Below are positions 1 to 13,163 of a stretch of 64,000 nucleotides of DNA, in pieces. Origin of the DNA: Balanoglossus misakiensis (taxonomy: Eukaryota > Animalia > Hemichordata); contig CM082582.2 of assembly GCA_040954595.2 (NCBI GenBank), forward strand, positions 8,795,483 through 8,859,482. The letters run 5' to 3'. Within the stretch, counting starts at the first letter, position 1, and every line of letters starts with the position of its first letter. The position numbers and the translations under genes are program-made. The notes below the pieces were generated by a model, which was not told the origin of the DNA, did no database searches, and worked only from the letters and a program-made list of their open reading frames with translations.

Positions 1-3000
1 ATCATCCAAAAATGAGAATTTTTCGACTTTTCGGAATTTCAAAATTTGGCCGATTTTTGAAAAAATCATGGGTTATAGCTCATGAAAATCATCCAAAAAT
101 GAGAATTTTTCGACTTTGCGGAATTTCAAAATTTGGCCGATTTTTGAAAAAATCATGGGTTATAGCTCATGAAAATCATCCAAAACTGAGAATTTTTCGA
201 CTTTGCGGAATTTCAAAATTTGGCCGATTTTTGAAAAAATCATGGGTTATAGCTCATGAAAATCATCCAAAAATGAGAATTTTTCGACTTTGCGGAATTT
301 CAAAATTTGGCCGATTTTTGAAAAAATCATGGGTTATAGCTCATGAAAATCATCCAAAAATGAGAATTTTTCGACTTTGCGGAATTTCAAAATTTGGCCG
401 ATTTTTGAAAAAATCATGGGTTATAGCTCATGAAAATCATCCAAAAATGAGAATTTTTCGACTTTGCGGAATTTCAAAATTTGGCCGATTTTTGAAAAAA
501 TCATGGGTTATAGCTCATGAAAATCATCCAAAAATGAGAATTTTTCGACTTTGCGGAATTTCAAAATTTGGCCGATTTTTGAAAAATCATGGGTTATAGC
601 TCATGAAAATCATCCAAAAATGAGAATTTTTCGACTTTGCGGAATTTCAAAATTTGGCCGATTTTTGAAAAAATCATGGGTTATAGCTCATGAAAATCAT
701 CCAAAATGCGAATTTTTCGACTTTGCGGAATTTCAAAATTTGGCCGATTTTTGAAAAAATCATGGGTTATAGCTCATGAAAATCATCCAAAAATGAGAAT
801 TTTTCGACTTTGCGGAATTTCAAAATTTGGCCGATTTTTGAAAAAATCATGGGTTATAGCTCATGAAAATCATCCAAAAATGAGAATTTTTCGACTTTGC
901 GGAATTTCAAAATTTGGCCGATTTTTGAAAAAATCATGGGTTATAGCTCATGAAAATCATCCAAAAATGAGAATTTTTCGACTTTGCGGAATTTCAAAAT
1001 TTGGCCGATTTTTGAAAAAATCATGGGTTATAGCTCATGAAAATCATCCAAAAATGAGAATTTTTCGACTTTGCGGAATTTCAAAATTTGGCCGATTTTT
1101 GAAAAAATCATGGGTTATAGCTCATGAAAATCATCCAAAAATGAGAATTTTTCGACTTTGCGGAATTTCAAAATTTGGCCGATTTTTGAAAAAATCATGG
1201 GTTATAGCTCATGAAAATCATCCAAAACTGAGAATTTTTCGACTTTGCGGAATTTCAAAATTTGGCCGATTTTTGAAAAAATCATGGGTTATAGCTCATG
1301 AAAATCATCCAAAACTGAGAATTTTTCGACTTTGCGGAATTTCAAAATTTGGCCGATTTTTGAAAAAATCATGGGTTATAGCTCATGAAAATCATCCAAA
1401 ACTGAGAATTTTTCGACTTTGCGGAATTTCAAAATTTGGCCGATTTTTGAAAAAATCATGGGTTATAGCTCATGAAAATCATCCAAAAATGAGAATTTTT
1501 CGACTTTGCGGAATTTCAAAATTTGGCCGATTTTTGAAAAAATCATGGGTTATAGCTCATGAAAATCATCCAAAATGCGAATTTTTCGACTTTGCGGAAT
1601 TTCAAAATTTGGCCGATTTTTGAAAAAATCATGGGTTATAGCTCATGAAAATCATCCAAAAATGCGAATTTTTCGACTTTGCGGAATTTCAAAATTTGGC
1701 CGATTTTTGAAAAAATCATGGGTTATAGCTCATGAAAATCATCCAAAAATGAGAATTTTTCGACTTTGCGGAATTTCAAAATTTGGCCGATTTTTGAAAA
1801 AATCATGGGTTATAGCTCATGAAAATCATCCAAAAATGAGAATTTTTCGACTTTGCGGAATTTCAAAATTTGGCCGATTTTTGAAAAAATCATGGGTTAT
1901 AGCTCATGAAAATCATCCAAAAATGAGAATTTTTCGACTTTGCGGAATTTCAAAATTTGGCCGATTTTTGAAAAAATCATGGGTTATAGCTCATGAAAAT
2001 CATCCAAAAATGAGAATTTTTCGACTTTGTGGAATTTCAAAATTTGGCCGATTTTTGAAAAAAATCATGGGTTATAGCTCATGAAAATCATCCGAAAATG
2101 AGAATTTTTTGATTTTGCGGAATTTCAAAATTTGGCCGATTTTTGAAAACATCATTGGTTATAGCTCATGAAAATCATCCAAAAATGAGAATTTTTCGAC
2201 TTTGCGGAATTTCAAAATTTGGCCGATTTTTGAAAAAATCATGGGTTATAGCTCATGAAAATCATCCAAAAATGAGAATTTTTCGACTTTGCGGAATTTC
2301 AAAATTTGGCCGATTTTTAAAAAAATCATGGGTTATAGCTCATGAAAATCATCCAAAAATGAGAATTTTTCGACTTTGCGGAATTTCAAAATTTGGCCGA
2401 TTTTTGAAAAAATCATGGGTTATAGCTCATGAAAATCATCCAAAAATGAGAATTTTTCGACTTTGCGGAATTTCAAAATTTGGCCGATTTTTGAAAAAAT
2501 CATGGGTTATAGCTCATGAAAATCATCCAAAAATGAGAATTTTTCGACTTTTCGGAATTTCAAAATTTGGCCGATTTTTGAAAAAATCATGGGTTATAGC
2601 TCATGAAAATCATCCAAAAATTAGAATTTTTCGACTATTCGGAATTTCAAAATTTGGCCGATTTTTGAAAAAATCATGGGTTATAGCTCATGAAAATCAT
2701 CCAAAAATGAGAATTTTTCGACTTTGCGGAATTTCAAAATTTGGCCGATTTTTGAAAAAATCATGAAAATCATCCAAAAATGAGAATTTTTCGACTTTTC
2801 GGAATTTCAAAATTTGGCCGATTTTTGAAAAAATCATGGGTTATAGCTCATGAAAATCATCCAAAAATGAGAATTTTTCGACTTTTCGGAATTTCAAAAT
2901 TTGGCCGATTTTTGAAAAAATCATGGGTTATAGCTCATGAAAATCATCCAAAAATGAGAATTTTTCGACTTTGCGGAATTTCAAAATTTGGCCGATTTTT

Positions 3001-6000
3001 GAAAAAATCATGGGTTATAGCTCATGAAAATCATCCAAAACTGAGAATTTTTCGACTTTGCGGAATTTCAAAATTTGGCCGATTTTTGAAAAAATCATGG
3101 GTTATAGCTCATGAAAATCATCCAAAACTGAGAATTTTTCGACTTTGCGGAATTTCAAAATTTGGCCGATTTTTGAAAAAATCATGGGTTATAGCTCATG
3201 AAAATCATCCAAAAATGAGAATTTTTCGACTTTGCGGAATTTCAAAATTTGGCCGATTTTTGAAAAAATCATGGGTTATAGCTCATGAAAATCATCCAAA
3301 AATGAGAATTTTTCGACTTTGCGGAATTTCAAAATTTGGCCGATTTTTGAAAAAATCATGGGTTATAGCTCATGAAAATCATCCAAAAATGAGAATTTTT
3401 CGACTTTGCGGAATTTCAAAATTTGGCCGATTTTTGAAAAAATCATGGGTTATAGCTCATGAAAATCATCCAAAAATGAGAATTTTTCGACTTTTCGGAA
3501 TTTAAAAATTTGGCCGATTTTTGAAAAAATCATGGGTTATAGCTCATGAAAATCATCCAAAAATTAGAATTTTTCGACTATTCGGAATTTCAAAATTTGG
3601 CCGATTTTTGAAAAAATCATGGGTTATAGCTCATGAAAATCATCCAAAAATGAGAATTTTTCGACTTTGCGGAATTTCAAAATTTGGCCGATTTTTGAAA
3701 AAATCATGGGTTATAGCTCATGAAAATCATCCAAAAATGAGAATTTTTCGACTTTTCGGAATTTCAAAATTTGGCCGATTTTTGAAAAAATCATGGGTTA
3801 TAGCTCATGAAAATCATCCAAAAATGAGAATTTTTCGACTTTTCGGAATTTCAAAATTTGGCCGATTTTTGAAAAAATCATGGGTTATAGCTCATGAAAA
3901 TCATCCAAAAATGAGAATTTTTCGACTTTGCGGAATTTCAAAATTTGGCCGATTTTTGAAAAAATCATGGGTTATAGCTCATGAAAATCATCCAAAACTG
4001 AGAATTTTTCGACTTTGCGGAATTTCAAAATTTGGCCGATTTTTGAAAAAATCATGGGTTATAGCTCATGAAAATCATCCAAAAATGAGAATTTTTCGAC
4101 TTTGCGGAATTTCAAAATTTGGCCGATTTTTGAAAAAATCATGGGTTATAGCTCATGAAAATCATCCAAAAATGAGAATTTTTCGACTTTGCGGAATTTC
4201 AAAATTTGGCCGATTTTTGAAAAAATCATGGGTTATAGCTCATGAAAATCATCCAAAAATGAGAATTTTTCGACTTTGCGGAATTTCAAAATTTGGCCGA
4301 TTTTTGAAAAAATCATGGGTTATAGCTCATGAAAATCATCCAAAAATGAGAATTTTTCGACTTTGCGGAATTTCAAAATTTGGCCGATTTTTGAAAAAAT
4401 CATGGGTTATAGCTCATGAAAATCATCCAAAAATGAGAATTTTTCGACTTTGCGGAATTTCAAAATTTGGCCGATTTTTGAAAAAATCATGGGTTATAGC
4501 TCATGAAAATCATCCAAAAATGAGAATTTTTCGACTTTGCGGAATTTCAAAATTTGGCCGATTTTTGAAAAAATCATGGGTTATAGCTCATGAAAATCAT
4601 CCAAAAATGAGAATTTTTCGACTTTGCGGAATTTCAAAATTTGGCCGATTTTTGAAAAAATCATGGGTTATAGCTCATGAAAATCATCCAAAAATGAGAA
4701 TTTTTCGACTTTTCGGAATTTAAAAATTTGGCCGATTTTTGAAAAAATCATGGGTTATAGCTCATGAAAATCATCCAAAAATTAGAATTTTTCGACTATT
4801 CGGAATTTCAAAATTTGGCCGATTTTTGAAAAAATCATGGGTTATAGCTCATGAAAATCATCCAAAAATGAGAATTTTTCGACTTTGCGGAATTTCAAAA
4901 TTTGGCCGATTTTTGAAAAAATCATGGGTTATAGCTCATGAAAATCATCCAAAAATGAGAATTTTTCGACTTTTCGGAATTTCAAAATTTGGCCGATTTT
5001 TGAAAAAATCATGGGTTATAGCTCATGAAAATCATCCAAAAATGAGAATTTTTCGACTTTTCGGAATTTCAAAATTTGGCCGATTTTTGAAAAAATCATG
5101 GGTTATAGCTCATGAAAATCATCCAAAAATGAGAATTTTTCGACTTTGCGGAATTTCAAAATTTGGCCGATTTTTGAAAAAATCATGGGTTATAGCTCAT
5201 GAAAATCATCCAAAAATGAGAATTTTTCGACTTTGCGGAATTTCAAAATTTGGCCGATTTTTGAAAAAATCATGGGTTATAGCTCATGAAAATCATCCAA
5301 AATGAGAATTTTTCGACTTTGCGGAATTTCAAAATTTGGCCGATTTTTGAAAAAATCATGGGTTATAGCTCATGAAAATCATCCAAAACTGAGAATTTTT
5401 CGACTTTGCGGAATTTCAAAATTTGGCCGATTTTTGAAAAAATCATGGGTTATAGCTCATGAAAATCATCCAAAAATGAGAATTTTTCGACTTTGCGGAA
5501 TTTCAAAATTTGGCCGATTTTTGAAAAAAATCATGGGTTATAGCTCATGAAAATCATCCAAAAATGAGAATTTTTCGACTTTGCGGAATTTCAAAATTTG
5601 GCCGATTTTTGAAAAAAATCATGGGTTATAGCTCATGAAAATCATCCAAAAATGAGAATTTTTCGACTTTGCGGAATTTCAAAATTTGGCCGATTTTTGA
5701 AAAAATCATGGGTTATAGCTCATGAAAATCATCCAAAACTGAGAATTTTTCGACTTTGCGGAATTTCAAAATTTGGCCGATTTTTGAAAAAATCATGGGT
5801 TATAGCTCATGAAAATCATCCAAAAATGAGAATTTTTCGACTTTGCGGAATTTCAAAATTTGGCCGATTTTTGAAAAAATCATGGGTTATAGCTCATGAA
5901 AATCATCCAAAACTGAGAATTTTTCGACTTTGCGGAATTTCAAAATTTGGCCGATTTTTGAAAAAATCATGGGTTATAGCTCATGAAAATCATCCAAAAA

Positions 6001-8181
6001 TGAGAATTTTTCGACTTTGCGGAATTTCAAAATTTGGCCGATTTTTGAAAAAATCATGGGTTATAGCTCATGAAAATCATCCAAAAATGAGAATTTTTCG
6101 ACTTTGCGGAATTTCAAAATTTGGCCGATTTTTGAAAAAATCATGGGTTATAGCTCATGAAAATCATCCAAAAATGAGAATTTTTCGACTTTGCGGAATT
6201 TCAAAATTTGGCCGATTTTTGAAAAAATCATGGGTTATAGCTCATGAAAATCATCCAAAAATGAGAATTTTTCGACTTTGCGGAATTTCAAAATTTGGCC
6301 GATTTTTGAAAAAATCATAGGTTATAGCTCATGAAAATCATCCAAAAATGAGAATTTTTCGACTTTGCGGAATTTCAAAATTTGGCCGATTTTTGAAAAA
6401 ATCATGGGTCATAGCTCATGAAAATCATCCAAAAATGAGAATTTTTCGACTTTGCGGAATTTCAAAATTTGGCCGATTTTTGAAAAAAATCATGGGTTAT
6501 AGCTCATGAAAATCATCCAAAACTGAGAATTTTTCGACTTTGCGGAATTTCAAAATTTGGCCGATTTTTGAAAAAATCATGGGTTATAGCTCATGAAAAT
6601 CATCCAAAAATGAGAATTTTTCGACTTTGCGGAATTTCAAAATTTGGCCAATTTTTGAAAAAATCATGGGTTATAGCTCATGAAAATCATCCAAAAATGA
6701 AAAAATGTTCGACTTTGCGGAATTTCAAAATTTGGCCGATTTTTGAAAAAATCATGGGTTATAGCTCATGAAAATCATCCAAAAATGAGAATTTTTCGAC
6801 TTTGCGGAATTTCAAAATTTGGCCGATTTTTGAAAAAATCATGGGTTATAGCTCATGAAAATCATCCAAAAATGAGAATTTTTCGACTTTGCGGAATTTC
6901 AAAATTTGGCCGATTTTTGAAAAAATCATGGGTTATAGCTCATGAAAATCATCCAAAAATGAGAATTTTTCGACTTTGCGGAATTTCAAAATTTGGCCGA
7001 TTTTTGAAAAAATCATGGGTTATAGCTCATGAAAATCATCCAAAAATGAGAATTTTTCGACTTTGCGGTATTTCAAAATTTGGCCGATTTTTGAAAAAAT
7101 CATGGGTTATAGCTCATGAAAATCATTCAAAAATGAGAATTTTTCGACTTTGCGGTATTTCAAAATTTGGCCGATTTTTGAAAAAATCATGGGTTATAGC
7201 TCATGAAAATCATCCAAAAATGAGAATTTTTCGACTTTGCGGAATTTCAAAATTTGGCCGATTTTTGAAAAAATCATGGGTTATAGCTCATGAAAATCAT
7301 CCAAAAATGAGAATTTTTCGACTTTGCGGAATTTCAAAATTTGGCCGATTTTTGAAAAAATCATGGGTTATAGCTCATGAAAATCATCCAAAAATGAGAA
7401 TTTTTCGACTTTGCGGTATTTCAAAATTTGGCCGATTTTTGAAAAAATCATGGGTTATAGCTCATGAAAATCATCCAAAAATGAGAATTTTTCGACTTTG
7501 CGGAATTTCAAAATTTGGCCGATTTTTTAAAAAATCATGGGTTATAGCTCATGAAAATCATCCAAAAATGAGAATTTTTCGACTTTGCGGAATTTCAAAA
7601 TTTGGCCGATTTTTGAAAAAATCATGGGTTATAGCTCATGAAAATCATCCAAAAATGAGAATTTTTCGACTTTGCGGAATTTCAAAATTTGGCCGATTTT
7701 TGAAAAAATCATGGGTTATAGCTCATGAAAATCATCCAAAAATGAGAATTTTTCGACTTTGCGGAATTTCAAAATTTGGCCGATTTTTGAAAAAATCATG
7801 GGTTATAGCTCATGAAAATCATCCAAAAATGAGAATTTTTCGACTTTGCGGAATTTCAAAATTTGGCCGATTTTTGAAAAAATCATGGGTTAAAGCTCAT
7901 GAAAATCATCCAGATATGACAATTTTTCGACTTTGCTGAATTTCAAAATTTCTTCATTTTTTGATAAAAACCATGGGTTATAGCTCATGAAAATCATCCA
8001 GAAATGAGAATTTTTCGACTTTGCGAATTTTCAAAATTTCTTCATTTTTTGATAAAAACCATGGGTTATAGCTCATGAAAATCATCCAGAAATGACAATT
8101 TTTCGACTTTGCGAATTTTCAAAATTTCTTCATTTTTTGATAAAAACCATGGGTTATAGCTCATGAAAATCATCCAAAAAT
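1..8181. repeat. 87-bp tandem satellite array (~94 monomers in window, continues off the left edge)
   Basis: Monomer ATCATCCAAAAATGAGAATTTTTCGACTTTGCGGAATTTCAAAATTTGGCCGATTTTTGAAAAAATCATGGGTTATAGCTCATGAAA is repeated nearly identically. The 29-aa periodicity of the ORFs equals 87 bp. The last ~3 units (~7890-8181) are diverged. Confidence 0.98.
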
Positions 8182-10196
8182 GCCAAAAATGACAAGCGAC
8201 GTACGCCAAAATCCCCCCCCCCCTCCCATCGCTTCCTATTAAAATCATTAATTAAGATTAGGAGCTCAGACACTTGGATGCATTTCAATGGAGTGGAGAA
8301 ACTGATTAACTATCAAGCCAGGAAAAAAATAGGTTTAAATGGCGTTCATACTGTTATATCTAAACTTTGGAGGACACGGAATGCAAATTTAGTAATCAAT
8401 TTACATGTTTCGTTTTGGCGACTAGAGTATATCTTACAAGTATCAACTAAATTGGATTAAATTTCGATATTTTTTTCGCCCTGTCTCGGCTTCTTTAGTG
8501 TACATGGATATGTTTAATTGGAAAAGGTCAGCAAGGGTACAGACTTCGGATTTGTGGCAATTTTTGACTTAAAGTTGAACATTCTAGCAAATTTAGAAAC
8601 AGGTCAAACTTCCATAATTTGTGTCCACGTTAACAGGTGATCTTTCGTCTGCTTTTGAATTTCCTGAGCGTCAGTAGGAAGAAATGACCAAGGTATTTGC
8701 TAGGGCCATTACGAGAACAGATTTAGTTTGCCAAAATTGTGCCTTTTCACTTTCTTTGCATGTGTCAATATCTATAATGGTTGCAAATCTGACGCTTTTC
8801 GACTTTCAATGGGACGACAGAGTTCGCTGCAAATTAACGGGCCGACCTTTAACCTTACCAGTTTCAATTATCTCAACATCAAGACAGTGTTGGGGTAAGA
8901 AAATGATACAGACACAAGTACTTCATTTTAATCTAGCTCATTGAAAATTTTAATTTCAAAGTTTTGAAACCAAAAACAAATACAATATGAAAGAAAATCC
9001 ATGCCAAGATTCATAAATACTGGAACACAACTTGTGAAAGCATCGGATATTGACATATCTATAAATACAAAAATTACCATCTCCAGCTTGATAAAAATTC
9101 ATTGAAATACAATTTTTATTCAGGTAAAATTTCTAAGTACATCGGTTGCTGGATACCCATCTGGTCTGTGCATCTGCAAAACAAGCAATGTAGAAAATTA
9201 ATGAATGTCTTTAATATTCATGAGCATGAAACAAAGCATGATCACCCCTGTACGCCAATTGTTGTTCATTCGCAGAATCATGCAAACCTGTATGGCTGCC
9301 TGGAACTTCACTCTATTTGGCAAAGTGATTGAATTTTACTGCAGTAACGATAGATATCAGCCCATAAAAGCTTACATGCATAATTGTGCTTGCTTAAACG
9401 ACAACTCCCAGACATTGTGAACAAACACACCCCACACACCCCCCCCCCCCTACCATGTATCGTCTCCGGCATTGCTTCAATTTTCTTTCCCACAATTCTT
9501 ACCTTCCCACGACCATGCAGTAATCTCTGGACATCAATCACACTGTCTGGCAATCATCTTAGCATCATCTGTGGGATTCCTGGAATAAATTAAAAGTATG
9601 TAAATGTAATGTCTCCTACAAAGATGGCGAACATGCGAGTTTGTGCCATAACAAAATGGCCACCCCTTGCATCCAGCAGTCAGGTCGGTTTCGAAACATT
9701 GAATTGGCATCCTCACATAGTACCGGGTTGCATGCAGGTTTTTTGCAAAATCATTTCGCGTGACTGGGAAACGGCACCAGTCTGAATCGAAAAAAATCTT
9801 CAAAATGGCCACCTTGAAAAGAGGGGCTTTGTTGTCTATATATCGATTATCAAACCTTGCTTGACGCCCCTCTGGTCTTCGTTCAGCCATTGAACATACT
9901 GCCCTTTACCGCACCCAGCCATACTGTTGCATGGCGAGAATAACTATAGTCACTTGGACCCCAGCTTGGTTGATGAATACCATTATGAGTTGATCTCGTC
10001 TCTGGATCTGCAAAACAAGGAAATGATAAAGTGAATGTCTATTCATGATCGTTCAGCCATGGAACATACCTGCCTTTACCTCACCCAGCTATACCGCTGC
10101 ATGGCGAAAATACTCTGGTCTCTGCATCTGCAAAACAAGCAAATGAAGTGAGTATCTAATATTCAGGAAAACGAAAGAAAACATCTGATGTGTACA

Positions 10197-11080
10197 AAAT
10201 AAACCACTTCCAGTTTTATCAGTACGTATATGTTTTTAGTATTTTTTATTGAAAAATGACGAAAGATTACAAATCTCCAAAAACCTATATTAACTACTGA
10301 TATACGCACGGGAGAAGATGGTCGGTACGGAAATAAACCACTCCAAGTATTATGAGTGCGTGTATGTTTTTATTTTATTTTTATTGAATAATGACGAAAG
10401 ATAACATATCTAAAAAACCTGTATTAACTATGTACGTGAGGGGGAAGATGATCGGTACGGAAATAAACCACTCTCAGTTTTATCAATACACGTACGTTTT
10501 TAATATTTTTTTATTGAATAATGACGAAAGATAACATATCTAAAAAACCTGTATTAACTATATACGCTAGGGGAAGATGATCGGTACGGAAATAAACCAC
10601 TCCAAGTATTATGAGTGCGTGTATGTTTTTATTTTATTTTTATTGAATAATGACGAAAGATAACATATCTAAAAAAAACCTGTATTAACTATGTACGTGA
10701 GGGGGAAGATGATCGGTACGGAAATAAACCACTCTCAGTTTTATCAATACACGTATGTTTTTAATATTTTTTTATTGAATAATGACGAAAGATAACATAT
10801 CTAAAAAACCTGTATTAACTATATACGCTAGGGGAAGATGATCGGTACGGAAATAAACCACTCCAAGTATTATGAGTGCGTGTATGTTTTTATTTTATTT
10901 TTATTGAATAATGACGAAAGATAACATATCTAAAAAACCTGTATTAACTATATACGCTAGGGGAAGATGATCGGTACGGAAATAAACCACTCCAAGTATT
11001 ATGAGTGCGTGTATGTTTTTATTTTATTTTTATTGAATAATGACGAAAGATAACATATCTAAAAAAAAACTTGTATTAAG
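10197..11080. repeat. ~130-bp tandem minisatellite, ~7 units, alternating A/B variants
   Basis: Anchor AAATAAACCAC recurs at ~10197, 10331, 10461, 10590, 10722, 10851 and 10980. Confidence 0.93.
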
Positions 11081-11681
11081 TATTAACTGACGGTCTGAGG
11101 GATGGGACCCACCCGCACCGGGGATTTTATTTATGTCTATATAACTTACTTGTTATGAAACTTCATCCTCTAGTCTTCATTCAGCCATGGAACATACAAA
11201 CGCTCACCTCATTGTAGTCTAGCTGCATGGCACAAATATACCGTACAACTTACCGTACACCCATGCACACACACATTCACAACAACGAGCACCTTTCGAA
11301 GCATTCAAAGTCGATGAACTTGTTGGTGCCGTAACAAAAATGACCCATGCACCGAGCATGTAGTCATGTTGGTTTTAGAACGTTGAAATGACATCCACAT
11401 ATAGCATCCGCATTGTTGCATTCTTCAGATTTGTGCAAAATCGGTTTGCTGAACTGGCTACCGGCACCAGTCAGAATCGTTAAAAGTTCTTAAAAAATTG
11501 CCAAATAAACTTGGCTGATACCGCTTACTTTGACATCATGCTTGTACAACATCATAGCATCCACGCCGAATGTACAGCATCAGTTCATCAGGGCCGTCGA
11601 TCTGCAAAATCAGGAAGAAACTAATTGAATGCCTATCCATGAACACAAAACCAAATACCGTTGTTCATTCGCATATTGTAC

Positions 11682-11719
11682 ATCACACCATGGAGGTACT
11701 AGTACCTCCATGATCACAC
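11682..11719. mobile_element. Putative DNA-transposon excision footprint (24-bp palindrome with 7-bp TSD)
   Basis: ATCACAC-[CATGGAGGTACT AGTACCTCCATG]-ATCACAC. Confidence 0.7.
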
Positions 11720-12552
11720 ACGACGACAATTTGTTTTAGGGCTTCGCTGACAGACAAGGAGCCTAAAACGCCAGCATGGCACTATGTACATTTACATATT
11801 TTCAAGTTTAGGCCTACAGCCAAGCGGAACATTTTACACTCAGAAAAAATTATTTTGGCAAAGTCTGCACGAACACATAAAATAACTTCCCAATGAAGCG
11901 TTTCAAAGGAGATTTTTGCAATTGTCTGGTAGTATAATACAAAATTGCATACGCTCACACTCGAAAACACGCTGACTACACGTGAACCCGCTGTCAGTTC
12001 ATCGAACCCGCTACCAATTCATGATAGCCCCCTTCCCCTTTCCCAACAAACTACGTTGTTTTTTATGTAAAAAAAACTGCCGCCCACCAGTAGAGTTATA
12101 ACACCGACTTGTCTTAATTTGATAAACCGTACATTTCAAGTTGAGTAACCCGAAAGGGTAGAATTTGTGAATGAAAACGCAGGGAAGCGCTGACTCGAGC
12201 TGTCTGACGGTGACGCGTCAAATTTTTCAATTCTGTGGTGTAAACGTCTGGCTTTTTAGTTGTCCGGAACTCGCCACAGAATAACCCATGTTTCTGGTCA
12301 TAAATTGAGTAACTGTGTCTACTTCTGTTACTTTACTTACCTGGACCTCACAGAAAACTATCGAGCGGAAAAACCCTGTTTTGGGGTAGAGTTTTCCCTA
12401 TCTTCGCATTCTACGTGCAGCAGCGTGGCCGTCTGACTCTCTTATGAAAATGCACGGAAGGCTAGACGGAAATTTCCAAGTGGAGATGGTCCAGGTGGCT
12501 CCAACCAATCAACAGCGTAAATTTTGCTTTGACGCGTCTCAAGTCAGGTCAC

Positions 12553-12637
12553 GTGACCCGCGTCAAAAGCGATGACAAAGTTACATAATACAACAAGTGA
12601 CCCGCGTCAAAAGCGATGACACAGTTACATAATACAA
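12553..12637. repeat. 44-bp tandem duplication
   Basis: GTGACCCGCGTCAAAAGCGATGACA(A/C)AGTTACATAATACAA at 12553 and 12597. Confidence 0.85.
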
Positions 12638-13163
12638 AACTGTTGAACTTTCGGATTACTTTTTTGTCGTAGTTTGCAAGACATTTTGAACATCAAACGA
12701 TTCCACATCCAAAAGAGTTGGGGAAAATCAACTCAACATCACCGCCACCTATATATCTATTCAAAAATGACATCAGTGCGGTTAACATTTTGATTTGTGT
12801 AATTCGCGTTGGTTGTCCAGGGCTCAATCCTATTCGTTTCTACATATCTGTATTGGACAGTGTAAGTCCCTGAATAGTCTGTGGAAAGTTCTCCCCCGAA
12901 AAAAGAAAAACAAATTTGATTCATTTTCCTGGTGCAGTATTGGATTGAAACGTGAAAAGATGAAGAACTCCCTTTGCATGATGAAATGCCAAAAGTTCTG
13001 CTCGTCCAGATATCATTTCGAAATCACACATCACAGGGAAGGTGGGTATAAATGTCGGAAATACTAGAACTGTTTGGTACCTGATGTCCACACAGTGGAG
13101 GGACCGTGCCGAGGTTAAAGAAATAAAATTGTGGTTTCTGACGAATGTTGGAAAAATAAATGG

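Noticed and set aside
12-7939. Long ORFs with a 29-aa repeat (MRIFRLCGISKFGRFLKKSWVIAHENHPK)
   Set aside because: By-product of an 87-bp stop-free monomer; frames break at random homopolymer indels.
1-8181. CRISPR-like array
   Set aside because: No unique spacers, no cas genes, eukaryotic context.
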